DNA of 20,354 nucleotides from Amoeboradix gromovi X-113 (taxonomy: Eukaryota; Fungi; Sanchytriomycota): the NCBI GenBank assembly GCA_018985225.1, contig JADGIF010000100.1:1-20354 (forward strand), written 5' to 3'. The position numbers and the translations under genes were made by a program. Positions 9,090 through 18,316 of the stretch are shown in pieces. The notes beneath the pieces are model-generated. The model worked only from the letters and a program-made list of their open reading frames with translations. It did not search any database and was not told the DNA's origin. How positions within the stretch are numbered: the stretch's first letter is position 1; each line of letters opens with the position of its first letter.

Positions 9090-10422
9090 ATGCAAAAATT
9101 TAAAAATGTCATAATCACTCTGATGTTGACAACAGTAATAGTGCTGAACTACAAGTTGAGAATGGAATGTAATACCAACACCCATCTATCCCAAACATTT
9201 AAAAAATTGGATATTCCTCATCTGCAGTCATGTAGTTTTACTCATCATGATTACTTTAGATATATAATTCTGCAGCATTCCCGCAGGTCTCAATTTTGCA
9301 GCTCTTCTGGCTTCCTCTATGATTTGATGGATGGTTTAAATTTGCCAACTCATAAGACTCTGCAGGTGCTGCTGGACAATGTCAACGTTTTATATGATAA
9401 CATCCGATCTGCTATTTGTGATCAGGACTTTAACATTTTAATAACAGCCAATCTACATAATAATGAAGAGGTACTTAGTAACTGGCTCTATCAACTATCT
9501 TTGTTCATAAACCATATTGGACCATCGAGAATAACTATTAGCATACACGAATCTGCTTCCACTGATAGAACTAAGCAATATTTGAAGCAAGCCTCTGATT
9601 TGTTTGATAATCTTAACGTGGAATATTACATTTCAACCTCTCCAGAACACAAATCAGGTCAAATGCACAGAATTGATTTCTTGGCTAAGCAACGTAACAA
9701 AGCATTATTCCCCATGTTGACTGCGAATCACACGCATATACTCTTTCTGAATGACATTCTGTATTGTCATTCAGACTTATTGGAGCTTTTGCTTCAATCT
9801 CTTTTAAACAGCGCTGACATTACAACAGGAATGGATTATGATATGCCATTTATATCTCCCAGCTTTTATGATGTCTGGGTGGCTAGGGATATTCAGGGAA
9901 TCCCACTGACGAAAAATCCGTTCGACTATGTTACAAACCACTCGACAACTTTAATAAATATACAGGAGGGTATACCAGCTCAAGCGATGTGTACGTGGAA
10001 CGGCGCTGCCCTTCTTAATGCTAAGCCTTTTCTTGAATTTAGTCTCTATTTTCGCCGCGGCTCTAATCGCAATAACACACTTTTTGAATCTGGTGAATGT
10101 AGCGCCAGTGAGATAACTACTCTATGTATGGATTTCATAAGGAACGGTCACGATAAGTTCCTAATAATCCCGCGTGTCAAGGTATTTACAAGTAATTTAG
10201 TTGGCGTATGATTTCAATACTTATAAATCTTTGAAATCCTCATTATTTGCAGCAAGGTTCCCTCCTAACAAGCCTTTTGCACTAGCTGAATCTACTAAAT
10301 TTGAATTTGAACCGTTGAGCAATAAGCATCTCTGTTATCCAACTTATGATCAATGCTACAAAAGAAGTCCTTGCAATCAAAGTGCTTTATATTGGGAAGA
10401 TGTCCCGCTGAAGTTCAAATAG
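9090..10422 (+). CDS. CAP59/CMT1-like alpha-1,3-mannosyltransferase (GT69); exons 9090-10181 and 10201-10422, 437 aa
   Basis: N-terminal signal anchor (NVIITLMLTTVIVL). Motifs 'ANLHNNEEVL', 'ISIHESASTDRT', 'RIDFLAKQRNKALFP', 'LFLNDILYC', 'FYDVWVARDIQG', 'TWNGAALL', 'ECSASE..LC.DF' and, after splicing, 'IIPRVKLAYD'. The start codon is uncertain (ATG 9057 is also in frame). Confidence 0.88.
10182..10200 (+). other. 19-nt spliceosomal intron in the GT69 gene (GTATTTACAAGTAATTTAG)
   Basis: AAG|GT...TAG|TTG; removal fuses two out-of-frame ORFs into the family-typical P.VK(L/V)AY motif. Confidence 0.88.
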
Positions 10423-10486
10423 ATCAAGACAACGAGTAAATGAAATGGATAAATAGAAATGCGTTTATTATATCATGTAGTGCCAT

Positions 10487-11632
10487 CTATCCCCAGGGAT
10501 TATCTTGAAAATCCGGTACAAACTCCGTTTTTTTTTTCGGGGACTTGACTTGTTTAATTGGAGACACTGGCTCTGGATGCCATTCATTGAATGATTCGAC
10601 CGGGACAGTACTTTTTGATGGCGAAGTTACGACAGCACTGGGCTGAGATGAGTAGGAGCCAAATGAGCCAAACTCGGATGTTTCTTCAATTTTTTGCTGT
10701 TGTTTAGTAGGAAAGTTAGAGTGCTCAACAGGAGCTGGTTGCGAAATCCCCTGCTGGGAATGTACAGACTCAGTTTTTACAGGAGAATTAAAACTAAATA
10801 AATCGACTGATTTCTCAGATGTTGCTTGCTCAGTTTCCTGGAGTGGGGCGTTAGACACGTTACTTTGATTTTTTTGTATTGTAGGCTGTTTTTCTGGTTG
10901 AATTTTCTGAAAAAAGTCAAACCCAATGTTTGGTTTTGGAGAATCTACTTCTGAATTAATCAAAGTAGACTTGCTGCTTTTTGCAGCTATTGTTTTGCCA
11001 TTGAGATCAGTGCTTTTAGTAGCTGTTGAGTCAAACAGACCGAGTATATCAGTTGATTGCATTTTATCAGCAGGTTTTGAAGGGTTGCTTGAAAAAGCAT
11101 CAAAAGAAGCAAACGTGTTATTGACTGGCAAGAGTTTCTTTTTAACATCTTGCGGCGTATCTCTAATGTTCATGTTCTCAAAATCTAGAAGATTAAAGGT
11201 TGGATTACTATAGCTTGTATTAGAAGATCCGACAGGTATATCAGCTGGATTAGGAACAGGCCCATCTCTCGCAAATCTTTTGAATTCGTACTTTGCCCTA
11301 ATAAAGCTATCACTGCTTTCACGAGTAGAGCAGTTCCCTCTACCTTCCCAATACCAGTTTGCTTTAATATTACCCCACTGCTGTAAAACCTCGTAATTCT
11401 CTTGAGTTAAGAAATCCAGATCAACAGAGCGAACTTTACTTAGATGAACACCTAAACCCCGATGAAAACCGCTGCATTGAGTGCAAATAAAACAGCCTAA
11501 GTTTATAGAACACCATCTTGCATCTCGCTGCCCACAATCTGCACATGTTTCATTTCCGGGTACTTTTAATAATAGTTTACTGAGATCACGATATTTTGAT
11601 CCAAGTTTTTCACGTTCTGCCCGAGTAGACAT
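10487..11632 (-). CDS. ArfGAP, SMAP/Age2-like
   Basis: 'PGNETCADCGQRDARWCSINLGCFICTQCSGFHRGLGVHLSKVRSVDLD' contains the CX2CX16CX2CX4R ArfGAP finger, followed by 'FIRAKYEFKRF'. The low-complexity tail has clathrin-box-like 'LLDFE', 'DILGLF', 'DLFSF' and ends in 'NPWG'. Confidence 0.93.
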   Translation of the reverse strand: MSTRAEREKLGSKYRDLSKLLLKVPGNETCADCGQRDARWCSINLGCFICTQCSGFHRGLGVHLSKVRSVDLDFLTQENYEVLQQWGNIKANWYWEGRGNCSTRESSDSFIRAKYEFKRFARDGPVPNPADIPVGSSNTSYSNPTFNLLDFENMNIRDTPQDVKKKLLPVNNTFASFDAFSSNPSKPADKMQSTDILGLFDSTATKSTDLNGKTIAAKSSKSTLINSEVDSPKPNIGFDFFQKIQPEKQPTIQKNQSNVSNAPLQETEQATSEKSVDLFSFNSPVKTESVHSQQGISQPAPVEHSNFPTKQQQKIEETSEFGSFGSYSSQPSAVVTSPSKSTVPVESFNEWHPEPVSPIKQVKSPKKKTEFVPDFQDNPWG

Positions 11633-11781
11633 TTTGAATGTTTCAAATGGAGATTGGGTTTAAAATAAACCATGAATTAGGTAACACCGTATTAGCAAAC
11701 AGACCAGAGAAAAGTGTTTTCTAATGGTTTTAAAGTTGTACAATAACTCGTTCAAGGAGATAGTTCTCTAACACGTCAGAG

Positions 11782-12516
11782 ATGCTTGCTTCATCATCAT
11801 TAAACTACTCGATCAGAGAGATTGAGAGTCTGCAGAATTGCAAACTAACTCCTCTTGATATTAAGGTTCCTGAGCTATTTTCTGTCTCAGCTTTAGATAA
11901 ATCTGTTCGTTGGGTTAGGCAACTAAATGAAAATAATATAGACTTAGTTGCTGGATTAGTAGCTGAGATATTAACGCCTGAAATTGTGGAGCCGTTTGTA
12001 AGAGCAGGTTTTGAAAGAATTGTATTTAACTATGAGTTTGCAAAACCATTTTGTTACTGCTGCGTTGCAATCTTTAGAAAAACTCAAATGAGGGAGGTTT
12101 ACTCTGTTTTAATGAAATGTTGTCAACTTTACTTTACAAATAGACAACAATGGATGCCTTTAGAACGTATTTTGCAATCAAAAAGAAAAACGAATCAAGC
12201 CGATGTGCCTAAAATGGAAAAAAAGACCAAAATGACAAAGAGAAGATCGTTTGCTACTATTTATTTGGCTTCTGCACTCTTGGAAGTTAAGTTTCTGTCT
12301 CCCTCGATCTATATTTTTATTTTAAGAGATTGTTTGAAGTCTAACACCACACTTGATGATTTGGAACTTGCATCACTCCTATTAGAGACTTCCGCCGAAT
12401 ATATTGTCAAGTTCCAAAACTCTGATAAAGAGAAGTTCTCTGAACTAATGCCACGCTTGGAGCAACTTACTGAAATGAAATTATTGAATCCTGAAGTTTT
12501 GCAAATGTTCAAATAA
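11782..12516 (+). CDS. Stand-alone divergent MIF4G-domain (eIF4G middle domain-like) protein
   Basis: Helical pattern parallels the eIF4G MIF4G domain: 'VRWVRQLNENNIDLV', 'FERIVFNYEFAKPFCYCC', 'LMKCCQLYF', 'KRRSFATIYLASALLEVKFLS', 'DDLELASLLLET'. Confidence 0.6.
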   Translation: MLASSSLNYSIREIESLQNCKLTPLDIKVPELFSVSALDKSVRWVRQLNENNIDLVAGLVAEILTPEIVEPFVRAGFERIVFNYEFAKPFCYCCVAIFRKTQMREVYSVLMKCCQLYFTNRQQWMPLERILQSKRKTNQADVPKMEKKTKMTKRRSFATIYLASALLEVKFLSPSIYIFILRDCLKSNTTLDDLELASLLLETSAEYIVKFQNSDKEKFSELMPRLEQLTEMKLLNPEVLQMFK

Positions 12517-12523
12517 ATTTATT
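12512..12523. terminator. Palindromic bidirectional poly(A) signal AATAAATTTATT between convergent MIF4G and HAD genes
   Basis: Perfect 12-bp palindrome overlapping both stop codons (12514-12516 +, 12522-12524 -); only 5 bp lie between the genes. Confidence 0.6.
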
Positions 12524-13208
12524 ACTCTTCATATGGTGGTAATCCAAAGTCTTCAGGCTTGAAGCATAGCATGCTGTCTAGTTTCGTACAGTTAAAATTG
12601 TGTTCTACCTTTGGCATTTCTGGGTGAGGAATCCAGATTGTTGAAAATCCGCCCCGGTTAGCTGCGTCAAGACCAGACAACGCATCCTCAAACACAATTA
12701 TAGAATCACAAGGTTTGAAGCCTAATCTTTCTGCAGCTAGTACGAAAATGTCTTCATGTGGCTTTCCCCGCTTTAATTCTGGATCATCCCCCAAGACTAC
12801 AATGTCAAACAAGTCAAATACATGCTTGTGACGTCTAGTTTTTATTTCAAATGGCTCCATGTTACTCGAGGAGGCTACGGCAATTGGAATGTTATTTTTT
12901 TTCAAATGCAAAACCAATTTCTCAACACCTTGCAACAGTTCACATCCTTCAAAGTGCTTTAAATGTAATTGGTTGCGGATTTCCAAGTAATCTTCAGGCG
13001 TTAAATCTACATTCAGCGTTGTGGCTAATAACTTAGCAGCATCTAACTGTCGTAAGCCCATCATCTTCATCTTTAAGTCCCAGTCGAATGTTTTATTGTA
13101 TTTGGAAAGTATTTGCGTGGTAACCATAGTATATATGTCCTCTGTGTTTATCAATAACCCATCCATATCAAATAAAACTGCAGAGCATGACTTTCCCCCT
13201 AATGTCAT
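12522..13208 (-). CDS. PUDP: HAD-superfamily hydrolase, HDHD1/PUDP (pseudouridine-5'-phosphatase, GS1-like)
   Basis: Motif I 'AVLFDMDGLLINTEDIYT', 'WDLKMKMMG', motif II 'IAVASSS', motif III 'GDDPELKRGKPHEDIF', motif IV 'VFEDALSG', C-terminal 'FKPEDFGLPPY'. Start is ATG 13208 or 13214. Confidence 0.9.
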   Translation of the reverse strand: MTLGGKSCSAVLFDMDGLLINTEDIYTMVTTQILSKYNKTFDWDLKMKMMGLRQLDAAKLLATTLNVDLTPEDYLEIRNQLHLKHFEGCELLQGVEKLVLHLKKNNIPIAVASSSNMEPFEIKTRRHKHVFDLFDIVVLGDDPELKRGKPHEDIFVLAAERLGFKPCDSIIVFEDALSGLDAANRGGFSTIWIPHPEMPKVEHNFNCTKLDSMLCFKPEDFGLPPYEE

Positions 13209-13439
13209 ATCCATCAAAGCGTCATTACACGGAAGAGGATGAAAATAATAATCGTAGAATACACATATCACAGGATTCTAGTCAAGACCAAAGCACTAAA
13301 TTGGAAAAGCTACAAGAGAATTTAAAAAATAAACAAGAACAAATTGATCAGCATGAAAAGAGATATTTATTACATTCGTGGAACCAGTACAAGTATTACA
13401 CTAATTACGAGTTCAATGAGAATAAATTGTAGCATTATA

Positions 13440-13890
13440 CTAGCGGACGCTCACAAGGCTCATAATCTAGCAGCACTTTGCATCTGAGTATTTGATCTTG
13501 CATAATCAGGATTTGATCACCTACTTGAAAAGCTGGGTAATGGTTTTTACAAAAGTCCCCTGGCATATCGCTTAAAATTTGGGGACAATAATTAGCAACC
13601 AATTATTCTATGTCAAGTTGGTCTTTCACCTTTTGCTAGCAGATTTTCTGTGATTAGAACATTGTTGTGTCGCGTTCATATGTCCCCCAGCAAATACATC
13701 TTAATCAACACAGGAGTAATTTGGAAACCCTAAGAGACTGCTGAATACCACTACACATGCCATTGTTACCTTGGGAATTGCAGAATGATTTCGAAGTGTT
13801 ATAGTCTGGAGTTAGCAGCATTGTGCTTTAATTCCAAGCGGATAAGATAGCATTGTCATTGGGGATTCCCATGGCACTTATATGCTTATC
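13440..13890 (-). mobile_element. Possible highly degenerate Ty3/gypsy integrase remnant
   Basis: Minus-strand fragments in integrase order: 'HISAMGIP', 'SFCNSQG.NG', 'QQSLR', then 'PAFQVGDQILI...KVLLDYEP' (compare F.VGD.VL...KL.P.Y.GPY). Stops interrupt them and catalytic residues are not recognisable. Confidence 0.35.
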
Positions 13891-14753
13891 CTAACTTGCA
13901 TCCCAAGATAAAGCAATGATGACTTTTTTAATGGAGAATCTGATTTTGCGATCGACTCTTTAGAGGAACTTTTATTCGATGAAAAAGAGGACCTAGAGAC
14001 TTGATTGCAAAGAATGATTATGTATTACCATTTTTTAAGCTGGATATGAAGTTAAAAAGATTTAATTTGGTGAACGCGCTTTACAACTCAATATAAATGG
14101 CTTAGTCAGCTGGTTTCCGTTGCAGTCAATGGAGGACTTTGAAAAAGCAAGGTTTTACCGGAACAATTGGTTCGGGGAAGTGGAATGCAAAGAGAAGTAT
14201 AATTGACAATGAATTTTATATTCTGAAAATAAAAAGTAAATTTGAGAGCCTTTATCAGATTGATCACGGTAATTCACCTAAATCTTTCATTTTGTCGGTA
14301 CTTCCAGTGGAACAGGAAGGCTTTCTAAAACTGAAAAAGATTGCTTTGCTTCTCCATCATATTGATGATAAACAAATAGAACTTTAAGACTTAGCAAGTG
14401 GAATTTGTCGCAGAAGTACTGAATGATATCAATACTCGTATTAGCTTCAAGTACATTGTTTCTACTTAACAAAAGTTATACATCCAAGAGCTGAAAGATG
14501 TTGAAATTTTTGGGTTAATAAATCAGAAATGTTTTTTGATCAACTAAACTTCAGAGACTCCATTTCAAATTTTGGCTGTCCTAATTAAGACCCAAACATA
14601 TCTATTCCAGCTCACAAGTCTACCAGCTTTGCTTATAAATTGACAATTGCAATAAATGAGAATGACGAGGATGTGGGATGACGTCTGCCAGACATTTAAA
14701 TAAAAAATGAAGATTCAAAAACATGATTTGGGACACCAAATATAAAAACTAGA

Positions 14754-16153
14754 CTAACTCGTTTTTAAAGGAGGTGCTCCATACGGAGGAAATGCTATAA
14801 AAGATCTTCTATTATACCAATTTTCTTTCATTACTTTCAATCACCTCTTCAAAATAAAATTAGATGAGGTCTTTGAGCATCTAAGCAAAAGGTGCATTTT
14901 CTTAGACGGTACTCTTTCTTCATTTCATTTAATGTTATACTAACATCATTACTCTTGTCAATTTCATTCTCACAGACACTGCACATCTTTGAAGTGTGAT
15001 ATTCATCTACTAATTCAACTGTCACTTTGGATTTGCAGGCTCTTATAAAGAAATCCCTGATAGAATGACATGGACTGCAGTTGTTTTGTTTAAAATTCGT
15101 ATTAAATTGTCCATCTCCCCAGAATAAAATAGTCTTTTTGTCATTACTGACGCTTTTCTTCTTGAGAAATTTCTTTCTTTTCCTTTTGAAATCATAATCA
15201 GCTACTAAATGGCTCAGATTGTCATTGTATGCAGGCATTTCATGTGGTTCAAAGACTATTTCGCGCTTGAGCTGCTTTAATATCAATTCCATTTTAGACA
15301 ATTTCATGCCATACTTTCTAAACTTCCATTGTCTGTACTCTGGATGATCATATTCAATAAAAAATGCACGATAGTGCTCATGAGTAATCGTGACTGTCTC
15401 TTGAATACTTGTAGCTCTTGACAGCCTCTCAAAACATTCTTTGAGCCAAGGCAATTTATCTCTTCTTTTCTTCATAATCTCTTGGTACTTGACAGTACCT
15501 ATGGCTGCTTTCCAATCGTCTTGCTCCAATTTAAATAAATTATCTGAGTCGTTTTCCAGGTAGTTTTTCAACTCGTTTTCACAATTAAAATGGGTCTGTG
15601 TATCTTGACTTGTACACATTAATGGGATCTTTACTCCTGGATCAATACCAATGAGATTGTCATACTTTTCTAAATCCAAAGGTGGTCTTTTCTTTTTATA
15701 TTTATATGGCTCATTGCAACTCTTTCATCTTTTCTATTACAGACTGAGTAGCCATCAGAATAATAAGTGACTTTTGAACCTTTGGGACCTACAGGATCCT
15801 CAAATAGGATGTGTCCTGGAACAAAACTTGAGAAACAACTCAACTTGATCTTTTTGTCTGTTTTTGATTCTTTAATAATCCTCTTCATCATCTTTCTTGC
15901 TCTTTTCTTTATCAGTCTCATTCTTAAGCTTGTAGCTTCTTGGTATTGACATCTTGTTGATATTATAATCGACTGTAAACAGTTTCTGCAATCTGGTGAA
16001 AATGTCTTGAGTGGGTCTGAAATCGTCTTTAAGATCTTGGGTCTCCAATACCCAATTCCAGAAAAGAAGAAATTGAAGCTTAATGTGATGTAATCTAGTC
16101 TCCCTGACTCTTGTCTTGCTGAATTTCAATTTCGTTTTAACTGTTCTAACAGC
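14754..16153 (-). pseudogene. Fanzor (Fanzor1-like, TnpB/Cas12-related RNA-guided endonuclease), frameshifted and internally deleted
   Basis: Three staggered ORFs give, in order: N-terminal 'VRTVKTKLK'; 'SSFVPGHILFED' and 'YSDGYSVC'; RuvC-I 'LIGIDPGVK'; 'ILFWGDGQF'; 'VELVDEYHTSKMCSVC' and 'RLRKCTFC' (Zn finger). The expected RuvC-III RD.NAA.N is missing at the last frameshift (~14850), and a tail 'LKVMKENWYNRR...LKTS*' ends at 14754. Confidence 0.88.
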
Positions 16154-16156
16154 TTA

Positions 16157-16195
16157 GTACTATGAATCAGTATTATGAATTGGTATTATGGATCA
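16157..16195. repeat. 3 x 13-bp imperfect tandem repeat
   Basis: GTACTATGAATCA / GTATTATGAATTG / GTATTATGGATCA, immediately 5' of the Fanzor reading frame. Confidence 0.8.
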
Positions 16196-16701
16196 GAGGT
16201 TTATTTGAAATAAAGATTGGATGAAAGAGTAAGAGAATAGCTGTACAGAATATTTATTTTCCTTTTATACTCGTCAACTCCGCAACTAGCTGAATGTCCA
16301 TTCGTCTCTTAAATCCATAAAATTAATAAAGCTGAAATAATGTTCCAAGTTGTTACAGAAAGTTAGTCCAGTTTTATATTTGATGTCCCATTTGTAAATT
16401 GAAAATGATGATTCTCAAAATATTTTGATCATTTTGATTGAAGGTGAATGCACTATCTGATATGAGTTAGTGATCTTAAGTATAATACTAAAATCGTAAA
16501 ATATGCAGAAAAATTGCCTATAGATACTGGAGTAGCAATTTTCTTATTGCAATAAAAAAATGCAGGAATTTAATTTTGATAGTTAGATAACAAATCGAAG
16601 TTACTTTTCCTCTTAGATGGGAAAAGAAATTTCCATCAAATTTGGCAGAAAATATAGTAGTTTTTACAACGACGGAGACTGCTGATGACCCTAGACAATC
16701 C

Positions 16702-16966
16702 TGTTGCGAAGATAGCTCTATCTGCTGTCAACAAACAGCGTGATCGAATGTCAATGAGAGATTTACCATTGCTCAGAGATAACTATACATGATGTGCAAG
16801 ATATGACATCCAATCATCAAGCAGCTCATTAACATCGCTCTGCCAATGAGAACAAAATGTTGGCTATAAAAGAGAGTGATCACCTCAATAGATAACTTGT
16901 GACTTCTAGCTCAACCTCACCGCAATCTTATCAGAACTCTCCGGACCCGACTGAGGATAACAGCAA
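16702..16966 (-). repeat. Dispersed repeat copy B (inverted relative to copy A; lacks 302 bp of copy A)
   Basis: The reverse complement matches 6128-6299 joined directly to 6597-6696 at a shared TTGCA. Confidence 0.92.
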
Positions 16967-17945
16967 TCATCCTTATCATGCCCTGCGCGAGCATCAGATT
17001 CTCTTCAAGGTCATGATGCACATTTATAATCAACTCTCCGCCAATTTGCCTGGTAATCAGATTGTTTATCACTTCCATAGGTATTGTTTTATGGTGGTAG
17101 ACATTTCGATAGCGATAAATGTCTGTACTACGGGGTGCGAATAGTTTAAACATGCAACCTCTGATACTCTACTGTCTGTCCAGACTCCTCTCTCTAAATT
17201 TAAGTCCCTCAAAGTCTACAATGCTCAAATAACAGCTGTCACTTATTAGACTAGTGTTTAATTCAGCGTTCTGAACGCTTCTGGCAAGAAGCATATTTAG
17301 ATATCCCAATTGTTTTTCTTGCTAGCAAATTTCATACAGATCGGAAACTCGAAGATATAATCAGAGGTATTAAATGTTAAGTCAAGTGAAATAAACCGGA
17401 CGCTACTTCATTCCAGAAATGATACCAAATGTATTAGAAAGTCATTTTAGTATATTATCATGCCATCCAATGCGTCAGCTTATCCCGACAAGGGTTTTTG
17501 CGATTTGGCTATGCAATTAGTATGTTATTCAGCTCACACATCTCTACGACTCTGAAACGGCATTAAAACTTTGTGATTTTTTCTAGGTCCTTGTTTACGC
17601 TTTTTATCGTAATTTATTGCCGTTCTAGCCCTACTTATTGCTACGCAATATATGCAACTTTGTGAAAGATCAATAAATAACAAGTAATAGAAATATTAAT
17701 TCATTACACATCAGAATTCACCAGCTTCCTTTTCAACAGTTGCTTTACATCTGAAAAGTTGGCTCTTCTCGTGGAACCATGGTGTCTGCTCCATACTTCA
17801 GATCTCTACTGATGCAACTGCTTAGATTCAGGAACTTTACTATCAATTGCAGATGATTGTGGATGATTAAAGTCCTCTAAAAACAGCATTCTAAGATTCT
17901 CGATAATATAACCTGAACTCTCTTCTAACTTGCCCATCCTCTCCG

Positions 17946-18018
17946 CAGAATACTAATCATCTTGTCCTGCTGTTTAATCTTTACTCTTAGACTGCTAATC
18001 GTCTTGTCTTGATGCTTA
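17946..18018 (-). repeat. 42-bp-period imperfect duplication inside a decayed coiled-coil-like reading frame (~17705-18050)
   Basis: Minus strand reads KHQDKTISSL-RVKI-KQQDKMISIL, then frameshifts into ERMGKLEESSGYIIENLRMLF... Confidence 0.55.
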
Positions 18019-18316
18019 GCTTTGTTTCCGAGAGCTGCAAACTTAAACAAAATGTAAACGCTTTTATGCTCTATTGTAAAAACGTGACTAGGGTCTATTC
18101 TACAAGAAGGTTAGATAGAGTTTTGACATAGAACGTGTCCAATTTAAAACTAGCCGAAATGAGTTGATTTTATCACTTTGTAGGGTTTTTCTCTAAAATA
18201 AATGGCATAAACTTATTACTTTAGTACTATGAGATCTATTGCTAAAAACACTATTTCTAGTTTTTGTATTTGATACTACTTATATCGATATTTCTCCTAC
18301 CTGTTACTCGCGCTCC

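Noticed and set aside
11763-11781. 19-nt GTTCTCTAACACGTCAGAG that would join ATG 11724 in frame to the MIF4G ORF
   Set aside because: GTT donor, GAG acceptor and misplaced TAA do not fit the consensus of the other introns, and no homology requires it.
13187-13432. Short coiled-coil-like plus ORF
   Set aside because: Its only ATG overlaps the HAD gene start and no family is recognisable; it could be a fragment but cannot be supported.
14655-16280. Terminal inverted repeats for the Fanzor element (TGACGAG near 14663 versus CTCGTCA near 16270)
   Set aside because: Only a 7-bp core matches and no target-site duplication is evident.
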